From Planctomycetota bacterium (GTDB lineage: Bacteria > Planctomycetota > UBA8108 > SXIK01), in the NCBI GenBank assembly GCA_965223265.1, contig OZ244999.1, forward strand, positions 4,608,001-4,672,000: DNA of 64,000 nt, written 5' to 3'. Of this stretch, positions 47,705 through 57,500 are shown piece after piece (position 1 is the stretch's first letter; each line of letters starts with the position of its first letter). The notes beneath the pieces are model-generated. The model searched no databases. It saw only the letters and a list, made by a program, of their open reading frames with translations, and was not told the DNA's origin. A program made the position numbers and the translations under genes.

Positions 47705-48097
47705 TCACTCCAGTTCGGTGTGATCTTCCCACGGTAGCGGCCGAGGATGACCGTCCGGTGCGAAGATACGCGGCTCTGCGACAGGAAAAAACGCTAGCAA
47801 GTGGACCTCGTGATCCCCAGCTGGGCGAACGGCATGGATGGCCCGCTCGGGGACGACGATTGTGGCGGGCGCCTCCACGGTCGCATCCTCACCGTCCTGC
47901 GAGTAGATCACTGCCCCCGAGAGAATCACGAGGATCTCCTCCTCTTCGTGATAGTGCGGCGGGATGTATCCGGCGGCATGGATCCATTGTTCCCACACAG
48001 CCGTCGACTCCGCGCCACTCCCTGCTCCAACGATCACGCGAGTCTTGATGCGCGGCACGGAGTGAACAAATTGATCATCGTGAATGCGAATCAACAT
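47705..48097 (-). CDS. cupin domain protein
   Basis: PPHYHEEEEILVILSG...PERAIHAV cupin motifs; AGGAG RBS. Confidence 0.85.
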   Translation of the reverse strand: MLIRIHDDQFVHSVPRIKTRVIVGAGSGAESTAVWEQWIHAAGYIPPHYHEEEEILVILSGAVIYSQDGEDATVEAPATIVVPERAIHAVRPAGDHEVHLLAFFPVAEPRIFAPDGHPRPLPWEDHTELE

Positions 48098-48228
48098 GGT
48101 GCTCTCCTGGGTTTTGACACGAGCAGGTAGACAAAATCGGCCCGCCGCGCACCGACCTCACGTACAATCCTGTGACACTCGAATCCTTGCTCTCAGCGGC
48201 CTATAAGATCAAAGGACTTTCTCTATCG

Positions 48229-51183
48229 ATGAAGACCCGACAGCCTAATTTCTTCTCTATTCTCGCAGCAGCGCTTTGTGCGCTCTACATCGACAGCACG
48301 GTTACAGCTACCGATCTCCTCACGAAGTCAGTTACGGACACGCCCGTCAACGATTTGGCGGCGACCACGCTCGGCGACCAGGGCATTCTTTGCGTGTGGA
48401 CTCCCAAAGAAGAGAGTGGCGACGGCGATGCTGTGCACGGCGCGCTGCTCGCACCGTCGGCAGCTGCTTGGCGTTCGCCGCGGCAACTTTTTCGTACATC
48501 GGCACACATCGACGGCCTGGCACTGCACCAAAAGAGCGAGAACAGTGTCGAACTACTCAGCGTGGAAGACGACCACGGTAAAAAAACGCTCCTGCGGTCA
48601 AGAGTCAGCGACGACAGCGGAGCCACTTGGTCGCCCCCGCGCACGGTTCTCGAAAGTCTTGGCCGTGTCTACCTAGCCCCATCAGCCGCTCTCGCTGGAG
48701 TCGTCATCGTCGCCGAGGCGGCTGGTGAGAAAGTCACCATCAAAGCGCTGACGCTTACCAGCGGTGGTGCTTGGTCGAGCGCAACGATTGCCGCTTCTTC
48801 AACATTGGCCTCGGCAGCGCCCATCGTTTTCGGCAACGCAGATAGCGATCTCAGTGTGCTCCTGCGACGCCGTGACCGACCCAGGCGCTATCTGCGCAGC
48901 ATTCGCGGCGACGACGGTACATGGAGCGTTCCAGCAGCGGTCAATCTTCCCTTCGCCGACGCCGACGATCATGGGAGCGGGGGAGACCACTGGAGTAACG
49001 AAAGCGTGCATGCGGCCCTTCTCCCCCTTGACACGACACGCGCTGTTGCGGTGTCGAACGACAACGTCCTACGCCCCTCCGAACTCAGCCTCCGCACTTC
49101 GTACGATGGCGGGCGCACGTGGCCAACGCGGCGAATCCTCAGCACGAAGGCAAAGTCTGCTCGCCCGTGCCTCCTGCGCGGCAATGACGAGCAAGTGCAC
49201 GTGATTTATCGCGGGCAAGGAGTTCAGCATCTCTCGTTTTCAGCTTCATCGGCGACGTCTCACCTGCAGCTGGCCTCGAAACCGCGCCTCTTCAACGTCA
49301 CCCCGCCGGGAAACCTAGGGCGTCGCCGCCGGTCTGCTTTCAGTGTCTCGTTGCCACTGGCAGACACGCCGTTTATGGAACACGTGCAGATTCCCAGCAA
49401 CGAAAGAGAGTGGCAACGGGTCGCGCCACGCCCCGTCGCTCGCAGCGTCGCCGGCGTTGCCGCCGCACCGACGACGCCGGTGGTTCGCCAAGGCAATATC
49501 GAATGGGTCGGAACCGCAAGAGGGCTCTACTTACGTGTGGCAGATGGCGCCTATGAACTCCACCCTCACTACGGCGTCGATGGTCCCCTCTCCAACCGCA
49601 TCGCGGGACTGGCCGTCGACACGAACGAAACGCTGTGGGTCGCGACCCCAGCTGGGTTGAGTGCACGCTCCCGTCAAGGCGCTTGGAACCACGTTCGGGG
49701 CCGCGACGGACTTCCTTGGGAGGAGCTCACGTCGATCGCGGTCGACCGCGACGGCCACTTGTGGCTCGGCTCGAGCCGCGGTCTCATTCACTACCGACCG
49801 ACTGCGGACGAAGGCGCGCGCCGGTGGTTCTATCGTGCGGGCAAACGCTACCTCCCGGATGACAACGTCCTTGCAGTCGCAGTGTCTGAGGATGGCCGCA
49901 GCGTCTTTGCCCATACGCAAGCGGGCATCAGTCGCATCGACGCCGTCACCCGAACACTTTTCAGCAAGGCCGAGTATCTCGAGCGGAGAATCAACCAGCG
50001 CCATCGACGTCTTGGAATTCCCGCGCCGGCCAACTACAGTGACGAGACGCTCACGCACTGGGAGCACGGGCCGCAGCCGAGCGACGGACTCTGGACTGGC
50101 TATCACGTCACCGCGATGTGCCTCGCCTACTCTCTCACGCTCGACGAGCGGTATCGCACTTCAGCGCGGATCGGCATGGAGGCTCTCTACCTGCTGCAAA
50201 ACGTCACCGGCATCCGCGGTCTGGTTGCCCGAAGCGTCGTCGCGGTTGACGAACCCGCCGCAGCGAGGGTACGAAATCAATCCAACTGGCACGCGACCAA
50301 GGACGGTCGCTACCTGTGGCGCGACGATGTCTCCAGCGATCAAATCGACGGTCACTACCTCGCTTTCTACGCCTACTTCGAGCACATCGCGCAGTTCGAC
50401 CCGCTCGAGCGAGAACGCCTCGAGAAGCAGATCCGTCAGGTGACCGACTACATCCTCGAAAACGACTACCAGATCATCGACTGGAATGGCAAACGGACGA
50501 AGTGGGGCTGGTGGAGCCCTCCGCTCCTCAACGACGAGCCAAGCAATTTTCTCGAGGCGGGTCTCTATTCGCTGATGATGTTGTCGTTCCTCAAGACAGC
50601 CTATTACGTCACCGACGACGAGAAGTATCTGACTCACTTCCGTGAGCTGATCGAGCGCCACGACTACCTCAGCAATCTTCTCCTCGAGAAGAAGGTGTTT
50701 CCGGACATGCTGAATCACTCCGACGATCAACTTGCCGCGGTGGCCTATTACCCGATCTTGCAGCTCGAGCACGATCCGTTCATCCGCGACGCCCTGCAGC
50801 GGGCGGCGCGGCGACACGCATGGATCGAAGTTGCCGAACGCAACAGTTTCATGGGACTCGTCTACGCCTCGATCGACCCGCGGGGCGCCGATGTCGCCGG
50901 CAGCGTCCGGACGCTGCGCGAAATGCCGCAGGACCGCAGGGACTGGCGCATGCAGAACTCACATCGCGCCGACATCACGTTCCGGCCACGACGCAGTCGC
51001 GGCGGTCAACCCGTCCTCCTCGAGGTGCTTCCCTACGACGAGCATCACTTCGAACGCTGGAACCAGGACCCATATCACGCCGACGCCGGCGGTAACGGCC
51101 GCAGCGAAGGCGCGGGAGTGCACTATCTCCTGCCGTACTGGATTGGACGCTACCACGGCCTGATCGCGCCGCCGGAGGCGTGA
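48229..51183 (+). CDS. exported multidomain protein: BNR/sialidase-like + regulator-propeller repeats + helical C-terminal domain
   Basis: Asp boxes SDDSGATW and SYDGGRTW; propeller repeats LWVATPAGL and DGHLWLGSSRGL; C-terminal SDGLWTG, WRDDVSSDQIDGH, NHSDDQLA, YLLPYWIGRY. ATG at 48229 (ORF open from 48172). Confidence 0.75.
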   Translation: MKTRQPNFFSILAAALCALYIDSTVTATDLLTKSVTDTPVNDLAATTLGDQGILCVWTPKEESGDGDAVHGALLAPSAAAWRSPRQLFRTSAHIDGLALHQKSENSVELLSVEDDHGKKTLLRSRVSDDSGATWSPPRTVLESLGRVYLAPSAALAGVVIVAEAAGEKVTIKALTLTSGGAWSSATIAASSTLASAAPIVFGNADSDLSVLLRRRDRPRRYLRSIRGDDGTWSVPAAVNLPFADADDHGSGGDHWSNESVHAALLPLDTTRAVAVSNDNVLRPSELSLRTSYDGGRTWPTRRILSTKAKSARPCLLRGNDEQVHVIYRGQGVQHLSFSASSATSHLQLASKPRLFNVTPPGNLGRRRRSAFSVSLPLADTPFMEHVQIPSNEREWQRVAPRPVARSVAGVAAAPTTPVVRQGNIEWVGTARGLYLRVADGAYELHPHYGVDGPLSNRIAGLAVDTNETLWVATPAGLSARSRQGAWNHVRGRDGLPWEELTSIAVDRDGHLWLGSSRGLIHYRPTADEGARRWFYRAGKRYLPDDNVLAVAVSEDGRSVFAHTQAGISRIDAVTRTLFSKAEYLERRINQRHRRLGIPAPANYSDETLTHWEHGPQPSDGLWTGYHVTAMCLAYSLTLDERYRTSARIGMEALYLLQNVTGIRGLVARSVVAVDEPAAARVRNQSNWHATKDGRYLWRDDVSSDQIDGHYLAFYAYFEHIAQFDPLERERLEKQIRQVTDYILENDYQIIDWNGKRTKWGWWSPPLLNDEPSNFLEAGLYSLMMLSFLKTAYYVTDDEKYLTHFRELIERHDYLSNLLLEKKVFPDMLNHSDDQLAAVAYYPILQLEHDPFIRDALQRAARRHAWIEVAERNSFMGLVYASIDPRGADVAGSVRTLREMPQDRRDWRMQNSHRADITFRPRRSRGGQPVLLEVLPYDEHHFERWNQDPYHADAGGNGRSEGAGVHYLLPYWIGRYHGLIAPPEA

Positions 51184-51540
51184 GGGGATCGGTGGGCGCC
51201 TCCTGCTCCGCCGTGACCGCCCCTGTCTCGGTCCCTACTCCGTCTTGTCTCTAAAGTAGGATCACACGCCAAGGCTGCGAAGTGGAACGTGATCGCAGGT
51301 CACGGTCCACGACCGTATGCCCGTCCGGTCTTGCGGAAGTGTGCGTCGGCGCCAGCGGGGACGAATCTCTGCTTCTGACTCTGTCTCCAACGTTGCAAAA
51401 GAGGCGCGCCTCAAGACCGTGCGCGATTGCGATTGAGTGAGAGTGTGGGTGTGCGTGGGCGAGGGGGAACACGGCACACCGTCAACCTCACCAAACGTGA
51501 GGTCCGCCGCGACGTCCTTCAACTGCCGATCGAACCTCAG

Positions 51541-51659
51541 GGAAAGGGGTTCTGAGCCCTTCCTGCGGAAACTTATGCAACGGGTCTGTCTCCGCCTCTG
51601 TCTCTGTCTCTGATCCTGTCTCCGCCTCTGTCTCTGATCCTGCCTCCGCCTCCGCCCCC
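51541..51659. repeat. REP-like palindrome plus pyrimidine-rich hexamer repeats
   Basis: GGAAAGGGGTTCTGAGCCCTTCC at 51541-51563; CTGTCT/CCGCCT/CTGATC hexamers at 51586-51659; located between convergent genes. Confidence 0.5.
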
Positions 51660-51664
51660 GTCCG

Positions 51665-52936
51665 TCAATCCCCCGACCCGATCTTCCAAAGATGCCGGTC
51701 GCTGCGCACAAACAGCGCACCGCCGGCTGCAGCAGGCGAGCACAGGATCGTCTCCTCGAGCGCACACTCGGCGATCGTCCGACCTTCGTCGTTGAGGTCG
51801 GCGATTTGGCCAACGCCATCCTCGTTGAACGCGTAGAGCAGCCCGTCCGCGACAATGGGCGTGCCACTGAACGGGCCCTTGAGGCGCGCTCGCCAAACAA
51901 CATTTCCGTTAGCGACGTCACCACAGATCAGAATGGAGCCGCTGATCGTGTACACCCGCTTGTCGTACACAATCGGACTCGCCGTCGAGACCTTAAGCAA
52001 CTTCGACTGCCATGCGGGCTGCGGCTCCCCACCGGGAGAGTTGACGTCGAGCGCCGTCAATCCGCCGCCAGGAACAAAGAGACGATTGCCGGCGACCGTC
52101 GTCGACGGGATACTTGCACCTCCGACGTCATAACGCCACAGTTCGTTGCCGGTGGCCGGATCGTGGCCTGTCAACTGCGTTGACTGCAGCACCAACACGG
52201 ATGCCTCGCCCTTCGGGCCAGCGATCGCGACAGGAGACACCCAGTTCGCCTTCGCCGGGCGCGGAATCTTCCAGCGGTTCAGTCCAGTGACTGGATCCAA
52301 ACCAGCGGCGAAAGAGTTGCTTTCGTTCTCGACTTGGACGACGAGAGTGCCGTCGATCATGAGCGGCGATGATGTCATGCCAACGCTGTTGCTGGAGTGC
52401 GGATAATCGTGTGTCAAGCCGCGCAGCCAGAGGAGGTTGCCGTCGAGATCAAGGCAGATCAAATCGTTGCTGGAGTAAAAAGCGAAGATGCGTTCACCGT
52501 CGCTAGCTGGCGTTGGTGCAGCGACGCAAGTCTTTGGATGGCAAAACGTCATTCCTGTCGCCCAAAAGCGCCTCTCCCAGCGCTTCGCACCTGACGCTCG
52601 ATCGAAGCAAAGGACATGCAGGTGCTCTTGACGGACGCCGCTGCTCGCGGTGAGGACGACACGACTTCCGATGACGAGTGGGCCAGACAGCCCGCGGCCC
52701 GGGAGCTCGGCCTTCCACGCAATGTTCTTCGCTCGATCCCAGGTGCGCGGCAAGTGCTCGCCGACGACGACGCCGTTGCTGCGCGACCCGCGAAACTGCA
52801 GCCAATCGCCAGCGACGACGGGCGGTCCCGGCAACAGCATGGGGAAGAGCAGAGTCGCGGCGATGGCCCCGACTACGCGGAGTGTCTTCGGCTGCGCAGT
52901 GTTCGACACGGTTGTCTCGGTGAAATATCGCATCAT
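51665..52936 (-). CDS. PQQ-binding-like beta-propeller protein (BamB-like, planctomycete type)
   Basis: GDWLQFRG, NIAWKAELPGRGLSGP, APTPASDGERIF, LDLDGNLLW, ASPIV, RSDRHLWKIG. Confidence 0.88.
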   Translation of the reverse strand: MMRYFTETTVSNTAQPKTLRVVGAIAATLLFPMLLPGPPVVAGDWLQFRGSRSNGVVVGEHLPRTWDRAKNIAWKAELPGRGLSGPLVIGSRVVLTASSGVRQEHLHVLCFDRASGAKRWERRFWATGMTFCHPKTCVAAPTPASDGERIFAFYSSNDLICLDLDGNLLWLRGLTHDYPHSSNSVGMTSSPLMIDGTLVVQVENESNSFAAGLDPVTGLNRWKIPRPAKANWVSPVAIAGPKGEASVLVLQSTQLTGHDPATGNELWRYDVGGASIPSTTVAGNRLFVPGGGLTALDVNSPGGEPQPAWQSKLLKVSTASPIVYDKRVYTISGSILICGDVANGNVVWRARLKGPFSGTPIVADGLLYAFNEDGVGQIADLNDEGRTIAECALEETILCSPAAAGGALFVRSDRHLWKIGSGD

Positions 52937-54168
52937 TCGCCTCCCTGCGCAGCGGTTTCCTCGTTCGATGGCGGCGCAGCGTCCCCAGCGTCTGCATCGC
53001 GAGCCAGTGGGGATCTCGTCTGCGACAAGATCGCCGTCCCAGCGCTATCGCAGACGCGGATTTGAAACTGCCACTGCTTCGTCCAAGATTTCACGAGCTC
53101 GTTCTGACACACCTTCAAAAGAACATCGTTCTTGCCAGCTCGCAGGCGAGCTCTCGCCCGGTAGTGATCAAGCTTCGTGCCGTGATGGTACTCATCGCGC
53201 TCAAATGCGAGCTCGCCATTCACCCATAGCTTGAAGGCGTTCTTCGAGCCGATGCGCAGCTCGACGTCACGCTCTTGATCGCTCGTAAACTCGTGGTAAG
53301 CGTATCCGGCGACTCCCTTCTCCGTGACCAGCGCAGCATTCAAATCGACGATGCCGTAGTCATCCTCGGTGACGTAGTCACGCCAGCCGATTTTTCCCGA
53401 CTTACCGTCATACTCGGCGTCCAATCGAATCTCCGCCTCGGGCGGGTAAGGCGTATTGAAGCCGCGTTTGCCGCTGTTGTCGAAAGGACCGACGACTTTC
53501 CAGCGCATGAGAAACCCATAGTGAAGGGGCAAGTCGACCGTCTCCCCGTAACCCCGCAGGCGCTCCACGATCAGCTTCACCTGATCCTCGTCGCGTGCCC
53601 CACCCAAAGCCTCTCGGTAGAGGGACACGGCCGCAGCTTGCGCGGCCGCTTGTGCATCGTCCTGCTCCTTCGCGGCGCCGAGGAGTCGCTCGACGGCATC
53701 GCGCCGAAACTCGACACTGGGGTCGTGGAGAAGCCTGGGAACCCAGCGCTCGCGTGCACCAGGATCGACGCGCAAAAGCCAGCTATAGGCGATCCGACGC
53801 GCACGTGGTGAGCGCGAAGTATCCGCGAGGAACGTCTCCAACTCTGCCTTCGGCAGCCCACCCTTCGATGTCAACGCGCGCTCCGCGATGGCGTCAACGG
53901 CACCGCGGATCCAGTTCGCAGCCAACTCATGTTCATCGTCCATCGCACCGAGGAGCACCGGCAACACGGACGCATCGAGTTGGCTGAGCTGTCGCCATGC
54001 CCGCGCAGCCTTCTCATTGCCGCGCCCTTCGGCGCCGACGTTCTGCAGCTCGGTCAAGAGTTGTCGCGCCTGGGCAGCCACTTCCGTCGGCTCGGGCGCT
54101 GCCGAGACCGCGGACGTCAAAAACCAAAGCACGCCACCGGCGACGCAAGCACGTGAAGCCATCAACAT
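52933..54168 (-). CDS. exported hypothetical protein (HEAT-like N-terminus, beta-sandwich C-terminus)
   Basis: ATG at 54168 after AAGGA; signal peptide; WKVVGPFDN, KLWVNGE, LRAGKNDVLLKVCQ. Its stop overlaps the start of the PQQ gene. Confidence 0.75.
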   Translation of the reverse strand: MLMASRACVAGGVLWFLTSAVSAAPEPTEVAAQARQLLTELQNVGAEGRGNEKAARAWRQLSQLDASVLPVLLGAMDDEHELAANWIRGAVDAIAERALTSKGGLPKAELETFLADTSRSPRARRIAYSWLLRVDPGARERWVPRLLHDPSVEFRRDAVERLLGAAKEQDDAQAAAQAAAVSLYREALGGARDEDQVKLIVERLRGYGETVDLPLHYGFLMRWKVVGPFDNSGKRGFNTPYPPEAEIRLDAEYDGKSGKIGWRDYVTEDDYGIVDLNAALVTEKGVAGYAYHEFTSDQERDVELRIGSKNAFKLWVNGELAFERDEYHHGTKLDHYRARARLRAGKNDVLLKVCQNELVKSWTKQWQFQIRVCDSAGTAILSQTRSPLARDADAGDAAPPSNEETAAQGGE

Positions 54169-54352
54169 GAGAAAAGTCCTTTCGATGGAGTGTGAGACGG
54201 GCATTCTATCCGCTCTGTCCCTCCCGCCGCAGCGAAAAGACCGTAGGCGTCGCAGCAAGGCACGGTCCGGCGCGAAGCACACGGACTCCAACGTTGCCAA
54301 AGCGTGGCGCGTCCCGAGGCGTTTCTGTCGTCAGTGTGCGGCGTCCGTCGCT

Positions 54353-54490
54353 GGCGTTTGCGTGGGCGTTTGCGTGGGCGTGGCGTTTCTTAAAGTGGCA
54401 GGCACACGCCGTGTGCCGTCCGATCTTGCGGGAGTCGCAGTCGCAGCGAGCGTTTGCGTGGGCGTGCGGACTTTCCGCCTCCGCCTCTGT
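54353..54490. repeat. REP-like hairpin with short flanking repeats
   Basis: GTGGCA-GGCACAC-GCC-GTGTGCC (54395-54417); GCGTTTGCGTGGGCGT occurs at about 54354, 54366 and 54450. Confidence 0.5.
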
Positions 54491-54514
54491 CAGCCACGAA
54501 TCGTAGAACAATCC

Positions 54515-57500
54515 TCACTTCGACGCACACGTCGTGAACGCTTCGCAAGTGAGAGTATCGACCGTTGGATCCATCTCACAGTCCGTCGGCTCCGGGAGAG
54601 GACCGTGACTCGCGAACAGATGGAGTAGCAGGCGCACCGCGTCGCTCACCGTCAAACGGCCATCGTCGTCGGCGTCCGCGCTCTTCGCACACGGGGGCGT
54701 CTCGCCGCGGCGAAAAAGATAGCCAAGAAGGCTGACTGCGTCGTTCAGGTCAACCTCGCCGTCGCCGTCGACGTCTCCACGACGAAAGACGTCCCCCACC
54801 ACCTCTTGCCTGTCGAATCCGGTCGCGATCGCTTCACCGACGACACTTAGCATCTCGTCGAAGTACGTCACCCGCGGCGCATCGAGACCGCCGAAACCAG
54901 CTGGGTTCGGGGTGGCAATCTCGACGATCCGAACAGCCGCAGACAAGCCGGGGAGCGAGACCGGCGGTTCAAGCACCACCCAGTAACGGGCGTCGAGGTT
55001 GTGACGCTGCGCAGCGTAGACGAGCTGCCAGTAGTCGGAGACGACCCTGTTGTGGCCGTCGAGGATCAACTCTGCGCGCTGTAGACTTGCTGGACCCGTG
55101 AGCACCAAGTTCTCCGACGGCAAGAATCTCTCGACGAGTCGGATGTGAGAATCTCCGTCGAGGTCTACGTCCAGGTGCCACAGCGGCAGCAACCCTTGCT
55201 CGCACGAGGAGTACGTGACGAGCGGCTCGCCCCCAACAGCTCCCTCCATCACGAGATCGAACATCAGGTACGCTTCGTCGAATACAATTGTCGGGTCAAG
55301 CGCGACTTCACCCCGGCCGCGAAACGCCAGGTCGAAGATCTCGACATCGAATCGCTCGCCGCCTGGAATCCTGAAAGTCTGCGTGTAACTAAAACGGTAG
55401 ATGGTTTCGCTACCGCCGGACGGCACACGAGTGAGCTCAAAAAGCCCTGGCTCCTCGGCGCTGAGCTCGAGCTGTTCCTCTCCGAAAACCACCGACTCGA
55501 TGAGATCGGCCGAGAAAGACTCGGCGCCGGTGGGCAAGTCGAACGAGCCCGAACGCAGGGAAACCTGGCTCTTCGTTTGATACTCGACAAGCGGCGCGCG
55601 CCCGGGCCGCCCGGTGGGAAACATGCCGCACACCAGGGTCTCTGTGGGGATCAGGAGCTCGAACTGCGGGGTGGGCACAGAACTCTCCGGAATCAAAAAC
55701 GGACGCACCTGCTTCACGGCCAACGCCCCGTCAGGCTCGATCTTGAACTCGAAGTCGAGAAGAACCTGATCGCGGGGATGACCGGCAAGATCGAGAGGAA
55801 ACTCACGATCGACGTGTGCCATCAGTTGACCGAGCTCTCGCAGCTGATCGTCACTGAGCACGGTCTCGCCCGGCTCCACCAAAGACGAGCTGCGCTCACG
55901 GATGATGCGGACCACCGTGCCGTCCGCCATCTCCAGAAGATTTCGCTCCACGAGTGTTCCAGGCGCCGGGCTGACGACGCTCTCCTCGCCGATCTGCGCG
56001 GTGACGACGTAGCGTTTGTCGCTGGCGCGGCGAGGATTGCCAGTGAATGCGACGCCGTTCGCCACCTCGTCGAGAAAAGCTCGGGTCACGAGGATGCCCA
56101 TGGCCGCTCTCTCTGGCGGGATCTGAAACCAACTGCGCTCCTCGTGCGCGCGAAACGTCCACAGGCTGGTCCAAACCTTCTTCAGCGCCCGCTCGATCGT
56201 TCGCTCGTCGTCCCGAAGTGGATCGCAATGAGACCCATCCGGCGATGCCGGGTCGAGGGTGTCGTCAGGACAAACGGAGGTCGACTCGTAGAGCCCGGCT
56301 CCGTTGAACTCGAGCGCGTCCTCAACGTTGGAAGACGAACGGTAGCGCACCATGGTTGCCGTCGATCCAAAGACTTCACGGCTCCGATCGATGAGAGCTT
56401 GGACGAGAGTCGCATCGACCACCCCCTGACGACGCACCAGCTGGCGAAACGCATCGAGATTCTCGAAGCGAAGCTGCGAGTCGCTTTCGAATCCGGGCTG
56501 CGTCAGAACGTCCGTGAGATGCTCTTGGTAGGTCTTCTCCTCGCCGCCGATCGCGATCTTGCCTGCCTGCATGAAATCGACGTAGTAGTGCATCGGAATC
56601 GCGAAGCCCGACGCGCGATACGAAGCGTACGTGCCGCCGAGCACATCCTGCAAGCGCGCAAAGTTCGTCGCCTTGCCGCCAAAACGTGAAACTGCGGACT
56701 CATCGAGAGACATCTCATCGAGCGCGTCGAGCTGGCGATACGCCGCGTCCACCTCTGGCAGCTCAGCAAGACTCGGCCTGATTTGCGACCAGAACGCCTC
56801 TGCCTCCTCGCTCGTCGCCGGTTCGACAAAATACTCTGTATCGAATACCTGCAGCCGCACGAGCTCGCCCGCGCGCGGCGCCAAAGCCTCGCGCGCGTTC
56901 TTCACAAAGGCGTTGGGAGTCCCGCGCCGGGCCGTGCGTACAGCAATGTGGCTCAAATCGCCCTGAATCGCGCCTGTGATGACGCCACCGACGACGCCTT
57001 CAATATCCCGCGGCGCTTCGTCGATGACGAGGACGTCCTGAAACGTGAAGAGGCCCTTCTCGTTCGCAGTTTGAAACTCCTCGAGGCTCAGCAGACGCAC
57101 ACGCCCGAATCCTGTTCCGGTGGTGTAGGCCTCGAAATCAATTTGCGGTGTCTCACCGAAAAAGACATCGAATGGAGGGTTCGTCCAACTCTCGGCGCGT
57201 CGTTTTTCGAGCTCTGTGGCGGGCTGATAAGCGAGCGGCTCGAGCTCAAAGGACGCGCGGAGCGTCTCGTGGACATACCGCACCTCTTCGAGCTCGAGCA
57301 GTTCTGACACAGCGAATCCTGTGTCAGCGACAATGGTGAATGCATGGAGGAGTCGCGTTCCCACACGGTGCTGAAACAAAACCCCGACGTAGTAGTCACG
57401 AGTCGCACGGCGGCCGACGAGGGCGTTGTAGAAGTCTCGATCTTCTGGGAGCGACGGGAAACGATCTGGAAACGCAGTGGCGAGAAAGTCCTCGTGCAGC

